A stretch of 32,000 bases of DNA from Mycobacterium leprae TN (lineage in GTDB: Bacteria; Actinomycetota; Actinomycetes; Mycobacteriales; Mycobacteriaceae): positions 2,400,001 to 2,432,000 of the forward strand of contig NC_002677.1 in assembly GCF_000195855.1 (NCBI RefSeq). Direction: 5' to 3'. Positions 1-12,229 of the stretch are shown piece by piece; the stretch's first letter is position 1, and every line of letters begins with the position of its first letter. Made by a program: the position numbers and the translations under genes. The notes beneath the pieces were generated by a model, which had not been told where the DNA came from, ran no database searches, and was given only the letters and a program-made list of their open reading frames with translations.

Positions 1-343
1 AGTCGTCCTGACCCATCATGGGTTGCCCGAATTCTTGGTGACTGGCGTCTAACCCCAGCAAACTGCGCGAATGTTGGGCGGCGTTGCCCGATCAGCTCCC
101 GTTCTTCGCCCACCGAATCGCGGTGAATAACTAAGGTTAAGCGTCAGCACCGTGGTGGAAGTCGTCGCGATTGAGTATCCCGACGCGCACATGGACACCG
201 CGACTGTGATTTACAGCAGCACAGTCAAAGCATTGCAGCTGGTGTGGACTTACAGACGTAGTCGCTGGCCCTGGGAACCGGGCTTCAACGATGGTCGAAG
301 TATCCAGCCGGTGCTAGGCGTACGGTCCACACCAAACTCTTGA
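1..343 (+). pseudogene. DUF4262-family protein pseudogene, truncated by the window edge
   Basis: Frame +2 reads VVLTHHGLPEFLVTGV*PQQTARMLGGVARSAPVLRPPNRGE*, then another frame reads VEVVAIEYPDAHMDTATVIYSSTVKALQLVWTYRRSRWPWEPGFNDGRSIQPVLGVR. The HGLPE and ALQLVW...WPW.PGF...QPVLG motifs are typical of DUF4262. In-frame stops and a frame change are present. Confidence 0.72.
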
Positions 344-389
344 TCTGCTCCAGAAAAGTCTAGAGTCATATCGGTCCGTGTTGTCCCCG

Positions 390-842
390 ATGTCGAACTA
401 CGCAAAGCAGTTGCGCATGGCTTATTTGCGTGTGACCCGTCCACAAATCGCCGTGTCCGAAGCAGTGCACACGCCCCCGCACGCCAACATTAAAACGAGC
501 CGTAATGCCGTTCCGTGTTGAACTGCCCGCAGTGTCCCGGCAAACCGTGTACGACGTACTGCAATGGCCTGACTACCACAAGTCTGGTAAGGAGCGAATC
601 TCTGGTAAGGAGCGAATCCAGTCCTCGGGTTCGGTTGCTTGCTACGAGTTACAGGCCGGAAAGAACCACCATCACATTGTGTGCCAATACTGCAGAGCGC
701 AATCGCAGACGCTAATTATACGACCGGTGAGGCGCCGTGTCTCTGACTACCTCAGACCCTAACAGCTTCCCTATTAAGGAGGCTGAAGTCATCTACTGGG
801 TCCTATGCCCGGACTGTTCGACATCAGACACTCCCGAAAGGA

Positions 843-845
<3 letters not shown>
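390..845 (+). pseudogene. furA: Ferric uptake regulator FurA pseudogene
   Basis: MSNYAKQLRMAYLRVTRPQIAVSEAVHTPPHANIKT, then after a frameshift LPAVSRQTVYDVL...SGSVACYELQAGKNHHHIVCQYC, then EAEVIYWVLCPDCSTSDT. Split over several frames and directly upstream of katG remnants. Confidence 0.93.
583..618 (+). repeat. Perfect 18-bp tandem duplication (TCTGGTAAGGAGCGAATC x2) inside the furA pseudogene
   Basis: Read directly: copies at 583-600 and 601-618. Confidence 0.97.
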
Positions 846-2891
<2,046 letters not shown>

Positions 2892-2972
2892 CGGCCACAC
2901 GGCACCGCAGCAAACTGAGCCCGGCGTCCCAGCGGTTCGAAATCCCCCGCACACCAGGTACGCTGGGGTGCT

Positions 2973-3434
2973 ATGTGGTTGACAGCAGCACCTGCTGCGG
3001 CGAGATTTGTCGTTGCGAGTGTGATAGCTGCGAGTTGCGCTGCGTCGACGGGTGTTGCCGGCGCCGATCCGCAGTCGCCGTCTGCACCGAAGACAACCAT
3101 CGACCACGATGGCACATATGCGGTGGGAACCGATATCGCGCCCGGCACGTACAGCTCCGCCGGACCTGTCGGCAACGGGACATGTTATTGGAAGCGGATC
3201 GACAACCCCGATGGCCCTATCGATAACGCCATGAGCAAAAAGCCGAAGATTGTGCAGATTGAAGCGAGTAACAAAGCATTCAAGACCACCGGCTGCCAGC
3301 CCTGGCAGCAAACGAGTAACACCACCGTATCAACGGATCTCCCCGGGCCGATCGCAGGAATCCAACTGGAAAGCAATCTCGGGATCCTCAATGGGCTGCT
3401 CGCCTCAAACGGCCAGCAAGTGCCGCGGTCCTGA
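2973..3434 (+). CDS. Small secreted protein with N-terminal signal sequence (Rv1906c-like)
   Basis: Open 153-aa ORF with hydrophobic signal-like N-terminus (VVASVIAASCAASTGVAGAD), then DGTYAVGTDIAPGTYSSAGPVGNGTCYWKR. Position between katG and aao matches M. tuberculosis order. Confidence 0.85.
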   Translation: MWLTAAPAAARFVVASVIAASCAASTGVAGADPQSPSAPKTTIDHDGTYAVGTDIAPGTYSSAGPVGNGTCYWKRIDNPDGPIDNAMSKKPKIVQIEASNKAFKTTGCQPWQQTSNTTVSTDLPGPIAGIQLESNLGILNGLLASNGQQVPRS

Positions 3435-3488
3435 TCGCTACTGGCCACACCCAGACAACTGAACCGGTTTCTCGGTTACGGTGCTGCC

Positions 3489-4451
3489 ATGGCAAGTAAC
3501 GGGCAACAAATTGTCGTCATTGGTGCCGGCGTGAGTGGCTTAACATCGGCCGTCTGTCTGGCCGAAGCGGGATGGCCGGTGCAGCTGTGGGCTGCCGCAA
3601 TGCCACAGCAGACGACCTCCGCGGTGGCGGGGGCGGTATGGGCACCGCCACGGCCAGAGGAACGTGCCTCTACATCGCTGGCTTGGACAGGACACTCACT
3701 GCAGATATTTCGTGAACTGGCTAACGACCCCAGCACCGGGGTGCGTATGGCGCCAGCGTTGACCGTTGGCGATTTACCCGGGGCGAACGCGATGGGGCTT
3801 GCTGCCAAGCTGATCCCCGACCTGCGGCCGGCGGACCTGGCCGATCTCCCTGACGGCTTCGGTGCCGGGTTTTTCGGCACCATGCCAATGATCGATATGC
3901 CCCAATACCTCGATTACCTGACAGCGCGACTGGCGGCAGCCGGCTGCGAACTCGAAACTCGTTCAGTACGGTCGCTAGCTGAGGCCGCAGACACTGCACC
4001 GATAATTGTTAACTGCACTGGTCTCGGCGCAGCAGCCCTCGCGAACGATGACACGGTGCGTCCATTGTTTGGTCAACACGTAGTCCTCACAAATCCCGGT
4101 CTGCAGCAACTCTTTTTGGAAGTCAATAACGGTTCGGAATGGATCTGCTACTTCCCCCACCCTCTGCGCGTGGTGTGCGGCGGCATCAGTATCCCCGGCC
4201 GCTGGGATACCACCCCAGACCCCGCGGTGACTGACCGAATCCTGCAACGCTGCCGAAGAATCGAACCACGGCTCGGCGAGGCCGCGGTGATCGAGACAAT
4301 TACCGGGTTGCGGCCAGACCGTCCGTCGCCGCGGGTGGAGGTTGAGCTGAGTGGGTCCGTGCGGTACATCCACAACTACGGCCACAGCAGCAGCGGCGTG
4401 ACCTTATCGTGGGGGTGCGCACGCGACGTGGTGCGCCTTGTCAGCGACTGA
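3489..4451 (+). CDS. aao: D-amino acid oxidase, FAD-dependent
   Basis: Intact 320-aa ORF. Rossmann FAD motif VVIGAGVSGLTSAVCLAEAG near the N-terminus, and the C-terminal YIHNYGHSSSGVTLSWGCA motif of DAO/DASPO. Confidence 0.93.
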   Translation: MASNGQQIVVIGAGVSGLTSAVCLAEAGWPVQLWAAAMPQQTTSAVAGAVWAPPRPEERASTSLAWTGHSLQIFRELANDPSTGVRMAPALTVGDLPGANAMGLAAKLIPDLRPADLADLPDGFGAGFFGTMPMIDMPQYLDYLTARLAAAGCELETRSVRSLAEAADTAPIIVNCTGLGAAALANDDTVRPLFGQHVVLTNPGLQQLFLEVNNGSEWICYFPHPLRVVCGGISIPGRWDTTPDPAVTDRILQRCRRIEPRLGEAAVIETITGLRPDRPSPRVEVELSGSVRYIHNYGHSSSGVTLSWGCARDVVRLVSD

Positions 4452-4468
4452 TCATTGACCCCGAGTTC

Positions 4469-4888
4469 TCAGTCGCAAGTGCGGCGCCCAGCACCTCGAA
4501 TCAGCATCGACAGCACCCAGCTCACAATTGACAACACGATCGCAGCCCAGATTGCAGTCCACCAGAAGTGGTCGATTTGCAATCCCCAGTGGGTGGTGTT
4601 CCCCGTGATTCGGGCCGTTATCCACAGCATCAACGCGTTAACGACGACGTGAAACAAGCCGAGGGTCAAAATGTACAACGGGATCGACAAAATTTGCACG
4701 ATTGGCTTAATGATCGCGTTGACCAAACCGAAGATCACCGCCACCACGAAGATGATGCCTACTCTCTGCAAGGTCGTGTTGCCACCGACAAAGCTCAGGC
4801 CGTGGACGAACTGGGTGACCACCCACAACGCCAAACTGGTCAACGCAGCGCGAACAAGAAAAGGACCCACGGCGGGAGATCTTGCCAT
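4469..4888 (-). CDS. Small four-helix membrane protein, phage-holin-4_2-like family (Rv1903-like)
   Basis: Intact 139-aa ORF with repeated hydrophobic segments (LVRAALTSLALWVVTQFV, VGIIFVVAVIFGLVNAIIKPIVQILSIPLYILTLGLFHVVVNALML, TAIWAAIVLSIVSWVLSML). The NAIIKPI...P..ILTLGLF..V.NAL pattern is typical of this family. Confidence 0.85.
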   Translation of the reverse strand: MARSPAVGPFLVRAALTSLALWVVTQFVHGLSFVGGNTTLQRVGIIFVVAVIFGLVNAIIKPIVQILSIPLYILTLGLFHVVVNALMLWITARITGNTTHWGLQIDHFWWTAIWAAIVLSIVSWVLSMLIRGAGRRTCD

Positions 4889-4954
4889 CGAACGCTCTAA
4901 TACAGAGCGTAGAAACGCTGCACATTCAACCAGCCAATCTTTACGCGCGCCTCG

Positions 4955-5965
4955 TAGCTGATTCGGTGCGGGTACGCAGCAGCTTGGTGCTTTCCGGCCA
5001 TTCGCAGTTCCAATACGGGTAGTAGCTGGCGAACATGATTAAGTCGGAACTGAGCACGTCGACCACGCTGGGCAGGATCGGCTCTCTCAGCTCACAGGTA
5101 ACCCAGATGTTGCCTTCGGTCAGATAACCGCGCGGATCACAGCGCCAACCGCTCTCAACCTAGTTTTCCCACTTCATCGTAATGATCGTTCAGGCGATCA
5201 ATGAAGAATGGGACCAACCCGCACCGACTTCCATGAAAACGACTCGCAACTGCGTATGGCGCTCGACCACTCCGTTTGAGACGAGCGCAGTAATCGCCGT
5301 CACCCAGTCTAACGGAAAGCTAATGCAGGGCACCTAGATGTAGTTCTTGAATCGGTCAACACCAATCTGCGGCAAATGGATACCGGGCGTGAATGCTGAT
5401 CGCCATCCCACGCTCTACGGTGGCTGCGTAAAACGGGCCGAGGTAGGGGTGGTCGAGGTTGCTAGCGTTCAGAACCGGCGGGATCAAAGTCACAGCGATC
5501 CCAAGTTCCTTGACCCCGTTCGTGATGTCGATAGCCACCTGGCCGCGTTCCATGGAGGTCACACCACCACCACGCAACCAACCGTTTGTCGGCGCGCAAT
5601 AATCCCCGATCCACTGGTTGTAGAATCGGGCTAATCTGGTAGCGAAATCAGGGTCATCGAGTCTGAGTATGCAGAACCCGAGGCTGGGATACAACACCAT
5701 CATGTCGATGTGCTCGCGGTCCACATCTCTCAGCACACCCTCGGCCGACCTGCAGTTGATATCGGGTACCTTGATAATTTCGTGCTCGGGCTGGCAACCA
5801 GCGCTGGAGCCTCTGGTCTTCAGGGGTAGTTGCGGCCTTCGAGGGTCAACCGCAGCCGCCTGTCGGTACTGGGTTTCACGCTATTAAGTCAACGCTTGAT
5901 GGCTTAATCACCAGTGAAGAATTCTCGGCCGACGTGTCCGTCGACATCCATGATTCTCATGTATC
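4955..5965 (-). pseudogene. Amidohydrolase-2 family metal-dependent hydrolase pseudogene
   Basis: Minus-strand fragments: MRIMDVDGHVG (N-term), VDREHIDMMVLYPSLGF...FATRLARFYNQWIGDYC, GVKELGIAVTLIPPVLNASNLDHPYLGPFYAATVERGMAISIHA, SNGVVERHTQLRVVFMEVGAGW, VLSSDLIMFASYYPYWNCEWPESTKLL (C-term). Split by stops and frameshifts. Confidence 0.82.
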
Positions 5966-6029
5966 CGAAACGTACTCGGGCAAGTCGCGCATGCGCCATC
6001 GCTTCGTGTACGCAACGATGCTTCCGTGA

Positions 6030-7295
6030 CAATTCAACGTGATCACTGGTGATCCACGTAACTCGTTCATTGCGGCAATGTTGGGCCATGCTACGGATGG
6101 CTTCGATTACTTCATCGTGGTGTTCGTCTATGACGACATCGCAAATAATGTCTACCACAGCAAGGCCGAAGTCGCGTTCACTACCACGGCCACCCTGATC
6201 ATGCGTCCGGTGGGCGCATTGTTGTTTGGGCTCTGGGCTGACCAGACCGGTCGGCAACTCCCGCTGATGTTGGACGTGATGTTCTATTCCGTGGTGAGAT
6301 TCTTATGCACGTTCTCGCCAAACTTCACCGTGCTGGTGATCCTGCGGTTGCTCCACGGCATTGGTATGGGCGGCGAATGGGGGCTGGGTGCAGCGCTTGC
6401 GATGGAGAAGGTTCTCGTCGAACGTCGGGGCTTTTTCTCCGGACTGCTGCAGGAAGACAGCGCGTTTGGCTGTTTGCTGGTAAGTATGGCATCGCTGGTG
6501 GTGATGGATTGATTGCACTTAACCATGGCGATGGTTGTTCGGCCTAAGCATCATCCCGGCCCTGATTAGCCTGGTCATCCGTTACCAGGTGCAGGAATCC
6601 GAGGTATGAGAAGCCGTCCAGGCCGGATACAGCTGACTACTGACTAACACCAGAATCCGTAACGTGCCTCGCTGCGAGGCGATCGTCTGCCGGTTCACCT
6701 ATCTGGTGCTGCTGATGATCGCATCCAGCCTGGATGAGCCACGGCACCCAGTACATCTACCCAACATTTTGGTAGCAGCTTCCAACCACGGTGCCGTCCT
6801 GTCCAGCTCGACCGTCAAGTGGATCGTGATGGTCTACAACATCGGCACCATCATCGGCCGATTACACTTCGGCACGCTGTCACAGCGGTTCAGCCGACGC
6901 AATACCGTCGTGTTCTGCGCGCTGCTAGCACTGCCTATCGTGCCGCTCTTCGCCTACTTACACGCCGCGGTGATCGTGGTGATGTTGTGCCTCGGCTCCT
7001 TCCTGATGCAAGTCAGTGTGCAGGGTGCGTGGAGTGTCTATCCCCGCGCACCTGACCGAGATGTCGCAGGACGCCATTAGTGGCCCTCTACACTGGCGTC
7101 ACCTACCAGCTCGGCAATTTGCTCGCGGCGTTCAAGCTGCCCATCCAGGCACACCTGGCCGAGCCCCACGGCTACCCTTTCGCGTTGACCGGTACGATAG
7201 TGTCAGTTTTACTTGCCGTCGCGATACTGACGCTGACCAGCAAAGACGCGACTGGAATCCACTTTGGTACTGCCAAAACCACTTCTGTCCCAACC
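6030..7295 (+). pseudogene. nanT: MFS transporter pseudogene, sialic-acid-transporter-like NanT
   Basis: FIAAMLGHATDGFDYFIVVFVYDDIANNVYHSKAEVAFTTTATLIMRPVGALLFGLWADQTGRQLPLM..., [95 protein letters not shown]. Several frames. Confidence 0.92.
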
Positions 7296-7299
7296 GAAG

Positions 7300-8586
7300 T
7301 CACGGTACCGAATCGGTATCGCTGAGCGCATGGCGCAGGAGATGCATCGCCACGGTCGTCGAACGCTCACGGATGTCGGACCGGTTCCCGGGTAGCCGTA
7401 GTGTCCGAGTGAGCGTCGGACCTCCGTCGGCAAGCATCACGGTGAAGCAGACAGTTCCAATTGGCTTTTCCGCAGTCCCCCCTCCCGGACCAGCAATTCC
7501 GCTGATCGCGGCGGCCGTATCGACATCGAAGCGCTGCAGCGCACCCGCCGCCATCGCTTCGACCACCGGCTCGGACACCTCCCCATGCTCCGCAATCAGC
7601 GCCGGGTCGACGCCGAGTAACGTAACTTTGGCCTCATTGGAGTAGGCAACCAAGGCACCCGCCACATAGTCAGATGAGCCAGGCCGCTCGGTCAGCCGTG
7701 CCGCCAGCAGCCCTGCAGTACATGATTCGGCTGTCGCGATCCTCCGGCCGGCCAGTAGGTGGGCGATCAGATCATCCACACGAGCACCATCTTCGGAATA
7801 GAGCTGATGTCCGTGCCGGTCACGCAATAACTGCGTTAACTCCACATAGACGTTGACGACGTCCGGTTCGTAGCGCGTCACCATTTCGATCTCCCCGCGC
7901 CGCAAGCAGGTGGTGATCTCGAGCGCATCAAAGCCAGGGATGGAGGCCTGCGCATCACGCAGCGTCTCGGCGAGCCCCGACTCGGAAAGGCCGAACATCC
8001 GCAGGGTCTGCTGCCGGTAAATGGTTCGGTCGGCGATCGCTTCCCGCGTGGCTGCGGTCATGACCGCGCGACGCCACATCGGTTGCAGCTCACTTGGCGG
8101 TCCGGGAAGCACCATCACCGTCGGCTTACCCGGCACTACCAAACCCGGCGCAGTGCCAATCGGGTCAAGCACCTGCGAACCGGCGGGAATCATCGCCTGC
8201 TTGCGGTTGGCGGCGCGCACCGCCTCAAAGTCACCGGGATTGAAGCGCGTCATCAGTGAATTGAGAATGGCGGCAATTTTGTTCTCGAGCTCGACATCCA
8301 ACACCATCTCACGATTACAAAAACGTGCCACTACCTCGACTGTCATGTCGTCGGCGGTGGGTCCCAGGCCGCCGCTAGTAACGATCAGGTCTACGCCTGC
8401 CTCTGCCATGAAGCGCAGCTGCGCCTCGATGTCAGCAGGGCAATCACCACAGATTGTAATGTGTGCGAGCTTGACGCCTAGCTCGAGTAGCCGATCTGCG
8501 AGCCAAGGGCCATTTCTGTCTCGGACACGGCCGGTGAGGATTTCCGTTCCAGTGACCACGATGCCTGCACGTGCGCTCACCACCAT
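7300..8586 (-). CDS. cinA: CinA-like protein (MoaB-like N-terminal domain plus C-terminal nicotinamide-nucleotide amidase-like domain)
   Basis: Intact [61 protein letters not shown], and C-terminal [36 protein letters not shown]...[19 protein letters not shown]. The ORF extends to 8598; M at 8586 gives the usual MVVSARAG start. Confidence 0.96.
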   Translation of the reverse strand: MVVSARAGIVVTGTEILTGRVRDRNGPWLADRLLELGVKLAHITICGDCPADIEAQLRFMAEAGVDLIVTSGGLGPTADDMTVEVVARFCNREMVLDVELENKIAAILNSLMTRFNPGDFEAVRAANRKQAMIPAGSQVLDPIGTAPGLVVPGKPTVMVLPGPPSELQPMWRRAVMTAATREAIADRTIYRQQTLRMFGLSESGLAETLRDAQASIPGFDALEITTCLRRGEIEMVTRYEPDVVNVYVELTQLLRDRHGHQLYSEDGARVDDLIAHLLAGRRIATAESCTAGLLAARLTERPGSSDYVAGALVAYSNEAKVTLLGVDPALIAEHGEVSEPVVEAMAAGALQRFDVDTAAAISGIAGPGGGTAEKPIGTVCFTVMLADGGPTLTRTLRLPGNRSDIRERSTTVAMHLLRHALSDTDSVP

Positions 8587-8614
8587 TAGCCTACGCATGA
8601 ACTAGCCTGGGGCC

Positions 8615-9955
8615 GTGGCGAATGCGCCCCGAAGTGACAGAATTCGCTATGACAAAGTGCGGCGACATGGACACCGCCTACTAGATCCTTGGTGGCGGTC
8701 CGACCGACCTTCTGGTCATGTCGGAGCCGTTCGCCCCGATCGACTCGGTCGACGATGAGCCGCCAATGTATGATTTTACATCGACGCCTAGCCTCGTTCA
8801 GCGAGGCAGATCCAGTTAACCATCGCGGAGTCGGTCTCTCGTCGCGGCTTCCTTCGATGAACCTGTCAAGATCGACGTTTTGGGCCGAGAACGCGATCGC
8901 TGTGATGAACGCAGTTGGATGCCAGCAGGCAACGATCTTCGCGCTGAGGTTTCCCTGCGATGAACGAACTTGTGCTCGACGCTGACGCTCACGAGTGGGT
9001 GCGCAACTTGGCGGTCGTCAACAGTGCTGCACACACTGGGGGCGCCTTACTACCCGGTCGGCGCCCAGGCCGCATCGTGCTACTCCGTTCACGACGGTAG
9101 CGCTCGAACCCGATTCGTTGGAACAGGGTTTCGACATGTTGGCGACCATCGCACCGAGTTTTGCTCACGACGGCGCTCCACGCCTGGGTGAGATCTGGCC
9201 AGCAACCGTACGGGGCCACCTAGCATGGCTAGCGCCGTCTCCTAAGATCGTGACCAGAAGGTGACATACGAGAAAACCCTCGGGCGCACTAGCGTCCCGA
9301 TCTTGATCCGTCATCGTGTCGGTTCGACTTGCATTCCCGTTGGGCACGGTCTTTACCTGGCCAAGCAGATTGCTAGATCCCGCTTCGTCCAAGCTACCGG
9401 GCGCCGATGCCCTCATATACTTGGGTGGCGACACCGCGTTGATGCTTGACGAGATCGAAGAGTTCATCACTGGTGTGCGGGGCGGATTCGAGGTCGAACG
9501 CGTACTGAGCACCATTGTGTTCACCGACATCGTTGGCGTCACTGAACGCGCCATGCTGCTCGGTGATAAATCAGTGGCGCGGCCTGCTGGACAACCACAA
9601 CATCCATGGTGCGACACGAATCGCAGTGGTTCGGCGGTCACGAAGTCAACACCACCGGCGACTGAGGCAACTGATGTGTTGCGAGGTTCGCTAGTACCAG
9701 TGCCGCGATCGCCTGAGCAAACAAAATCGTGAACGCTATCGGTGTGCTGGACATCGAGATGCGGATGGTTATTCATGTAGGCGAAGTTGAGGTGCGCGGC
9801 GTGGTTAACGATACGCTTTTTCCTGCCGAGCGATCACCGTTGTGCGACAGTGCGAGGGTCGGTCAGTTAGGGGAAGTATGGATATCCTTTCTGATCGTGG
9901 CGCCGAAGTACGTAGCCTCGGTGGCAACTGATTTGGCGGCTGTATGCGTTTAATC
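8615..9955 (+). pseudogene. lipJ: LipJ pseudogene (alpha/beta hydrolase fused to a class III adenylate/guanylate cyclase domain)
   Basis: [34 protein letters not shown]...[11 protein letters not shown], then [59 protein letters not shown] and LDIEMRMVIHVGEVEVRG. Frames disrupted. Confidence 0.88.
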
Positions 9956-9999
9956 CACACTCGCTCCCGCTTAAGCTGATCCCGGGCGCCGGTCTGCGA

Positions 10000-10535
10000 G
10001 ACAATGTGGTGATAATCAAGTAGTAAGGTGCGGCAAGCTAACGTGAGCAAGCTCGATGCGATCGCCAACGCAGCCAATCCCAGCTGCGCCACGGTGGCGG
10101 CGTTGCCACGGCAATCGCTCGCGCCGGCAGGCCGTAACTGCAGCAGGAGTCGATTCGGAAGGCGCCGATCGAACTCGGAAAAGCGGTGAAGACCACAGCA
10201 CGCGAAATGCCGACACACTACGTGATTCACACAGTGACGATCGAGGTAGGAGGTCTGCCCGCAGCCGAAATCATCACCTGGGCTACCGGTTCGACCTTGC
10301 GCAAGGGCCAATGAGCTCGTTTGACGCTCGCGGGCGCTGGTGGCGTTTGGCACTGGTGTCGGCAGCTTCCCGCTCGAAGACACGGGGCGGCTGATGATCA
10401 ACGCTGTTCGACAGCATCAGGCCAGTTCGCTGCAGGGAATGGTGTTCACCATGCACGGTGGCAAAACTGAGCAGGCGTTCCGGGCCGTCATACAGGGTAT
10501 AGCGTCGATCGGATGTTGCGGGTCGATCGCCGACG
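10000..10535 (+). pseudogene. lppD: LppD pseudogene, macro-domain (ADP-ribose-binding) portion
   Basis: SKLDAIANAANP...GRNC/LQQESIRKAPIELGKAVKT, THYVIHTVTIEVGG, LVAFGTGVGSFPLEDTGRLMINAVRQHQASSLQGMVFTMHG. Macro-domain motifs in different frames, located after lipJ. Confidence 0.8.
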
Positions 10536-10537
10536 AC

Positions 10538-10775
10538 TTAGGACAGATAACGCTCGATGAAATCCACCTTTTGCGGCATAACACTCGGCAACCCCGGACG
10601 CGGGTCGACCTTGATTACTGCGGTGCACAAGCAGCCACGGCCTCCACCGCACGCTGCACCACCCCATGACTTGCTCCCAGATATCACCTTCGATCATACG
10701 GCCAGCACAGAGACCTAATGACCTACCCAGTAACCCTGTACTCGGCTTGAGGAAGGCCTGGCAGTATTCGAGCAC
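10538..10775 (-). pseudogene. Thiamine-binding/DUF77-like protein pseudogene (Rv1898-like)
   Basis: Minus strand MIEGDIWEQVM...VRWRPWLLVHRSNQ, ending KVDFIERYLS*. Resembles the IEGDTW.EVM...V.AVIKVD.RPG pattern and sits between lppD and dtd. Confidence 0.62.
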
Positions 10776-10776
10776 T

Positions 10777-11225
10777 ATGTGGGTTCTGGTACAACGCATG
10801 TCGTCAGCAGCGATGTAGTTCGATTGCCAGGTGGTCGGAGCTATCCAGCCCGACCTCCAAAACCTTTTCACGTTCGTGGATTTCACCCACAGCGACGATG
10901 GCGATCGTCAGGACCGCCAGCACGGCGACTACGGATGGCAGATAAGCTCTGGAATCCACGGATTCTCGCTGACGAACAGTCCGCTGCCGACGTTAACGCA
11001 CCGATCCTGGTGGTGAGTTACTTCACCCTCTACGCTGATACTGTAGTAGGGCCGTCGGCCGTCATGGAACACAGCCGCTCTGGGTGCTGCCGCTGAGCCA
11101 TTGATTTCGTCTGTCGCTGCGACATTACGGGCACTGGGTGCTCAGGTGGAAATTGGTGTGTTCGGCGCCGACATGCAGGTCGAATTGGTCAACAACAGTC
11201 CGTCCCCCTGTTGCTGGAGCTGTGA
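10777..11225 (+). pseudogene. dtd: D-aminoacyl-tRNA deacylase pseudogene
   Basis: [27 protein letters not shown] (in-frame stop), ...[33 protein letters not shown] (SQFTLYAD motif degraded), [27 protein letters not shown]...LLLEL*. Frameshifts. Confidence 0.93.
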
Positions 11226-11314
11226 CCGTACCTTACCGTTGGAGGCGTTGGTGAATACGTGGAGAGAAGGCCAAAGGTTGCTAGACACTAGAAACTTGTC
11301 CCGGTGGTCAAGGG

Positions 11315-12229
11315 TTGATGGCAGCCACACCTGAATTTGGGTCACTTCGTTCCGACGACGACCATTGGGACATCGTCAGCAGTGTGGGTTACACCGCTCT
11401 ACTGGTGGCAGGCTGGCGCGCACTGCACGCGGTAGGGCCGCAACCATTGGTTCGCGACGAATACGCGAAGTATTTCATTACCGCTTCACGAGACCCGTAT
11501 TTGATGAATCTGCTGGCCAACCCGGGAACTTCCCTCAATGAGACCGCGTTTCCTCGCCTTTACGGCGTGCAAACTCGGTTCTTCGACGACTTCTTCAGCT
11601 CCGCTGGTGACACAGGTATACGACAGGCGGTGATCGTCGCTGCCGGGTTAGACTCTCGAGCATATCGCCTCAAATGGCCAAACGGTGCAACGGTTTTCGA
11701 AATCGATCTACCGAAAGTCCTCGAATTCAAAGCTCGCGTGCTAGCCGAGCAAGGCGCTATACCCAACGCCGGTAGGAGCGAGGTAGCAGCCGACCTGCGC
11801 GCCGATTGGCCCAGAGCATTGAAAGCAGCCGGCTTCGATCCGCAAAGATCCAGCGCCTGGTCAGTCGAGGGGCTGTTGCCCTACTTGACCAACGACGCGC
11901 AAAGCGCCCTATTCACTCGGATCGGCGAGTTGTGCGCACCGGGCAGCCGAATTGCCGTAGGCGCTTTGGGGTCGCGTTTAGACCGCAAACAACTCGCCGC
12001 GCTGGAAGCGACCCATCCGGGGGTGAATATTTCTGGTGACGTAGACTTCTCCGCTCTCACCTATGAGCCAAAGACTGACTCGGCGCAATGGTTGGCTGCG
12101 CACGGATGGGCCGTAGAGCCCGTTCGTAACACCCTGGAGCTGCAGACTAGCTATGGAATGACTCCGCCGGACGTGGATGTGCAGATGGACAGTTTCATGC
12201 ACTCCCAATACATAACGGCAACTCGATGA
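11315..12229 (+). CDS. S-adenosyl-methionine-dependent methyltransferase, mycobacterial UPF0677/LCMT-like family (Rv1896c-like)
   Basis: Intact 304-aa [91 protein letters not shown]. Confidence 0.93.
   Translation: MMAATPEFGSLRSDDDHWDIVSSVGYTALLVAGWRALHAVGPQPLVRDEYAKYFITASRDPYLMNLLANPGTSLNETAFPRLYGVQTRFFDDFFSSAGDTGIRQAVIVAAGLDSRAYRLKWPNGATVFEIDLPKVLEFKARVLAEQGAIPNAGRSEVAADLRADWPRALKAAGFDPQRSSAWSVEGLLPYLTNDAQSALFTRIGELCAPGSRIAVGALGSRLDRKQLAALEATHPGVNISGDVDFSALTYEPKTDSAQWLAAHGWAVEPVRNTLELQTSYGMTPPDVDVQMDSFMHSQYITATR

Noticed and set aside
3395-3515. Similar peptide LLASNGQQVP at the end of the Rv1906c-like protein and MASNGQQIVV at the start of aao
   Set aside because: The DNA is not repeated over enough length and has several mismatches, so it is likely coincidental.
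8021-8605. 194-aa plus-strand ORF antisense to cinA
   Set aside because: Shadow ORF of the intact cinA; low-complexity Ser/Thr-rich translation without recognisable domains.
9165-10401. Two minus-strand ORFs of about 200 aa (9165-9776 and 9805-10401)
   Set aside because: Both are antisense to lipJ and lppD remnants, whose protein matches are clear on the plus strand.
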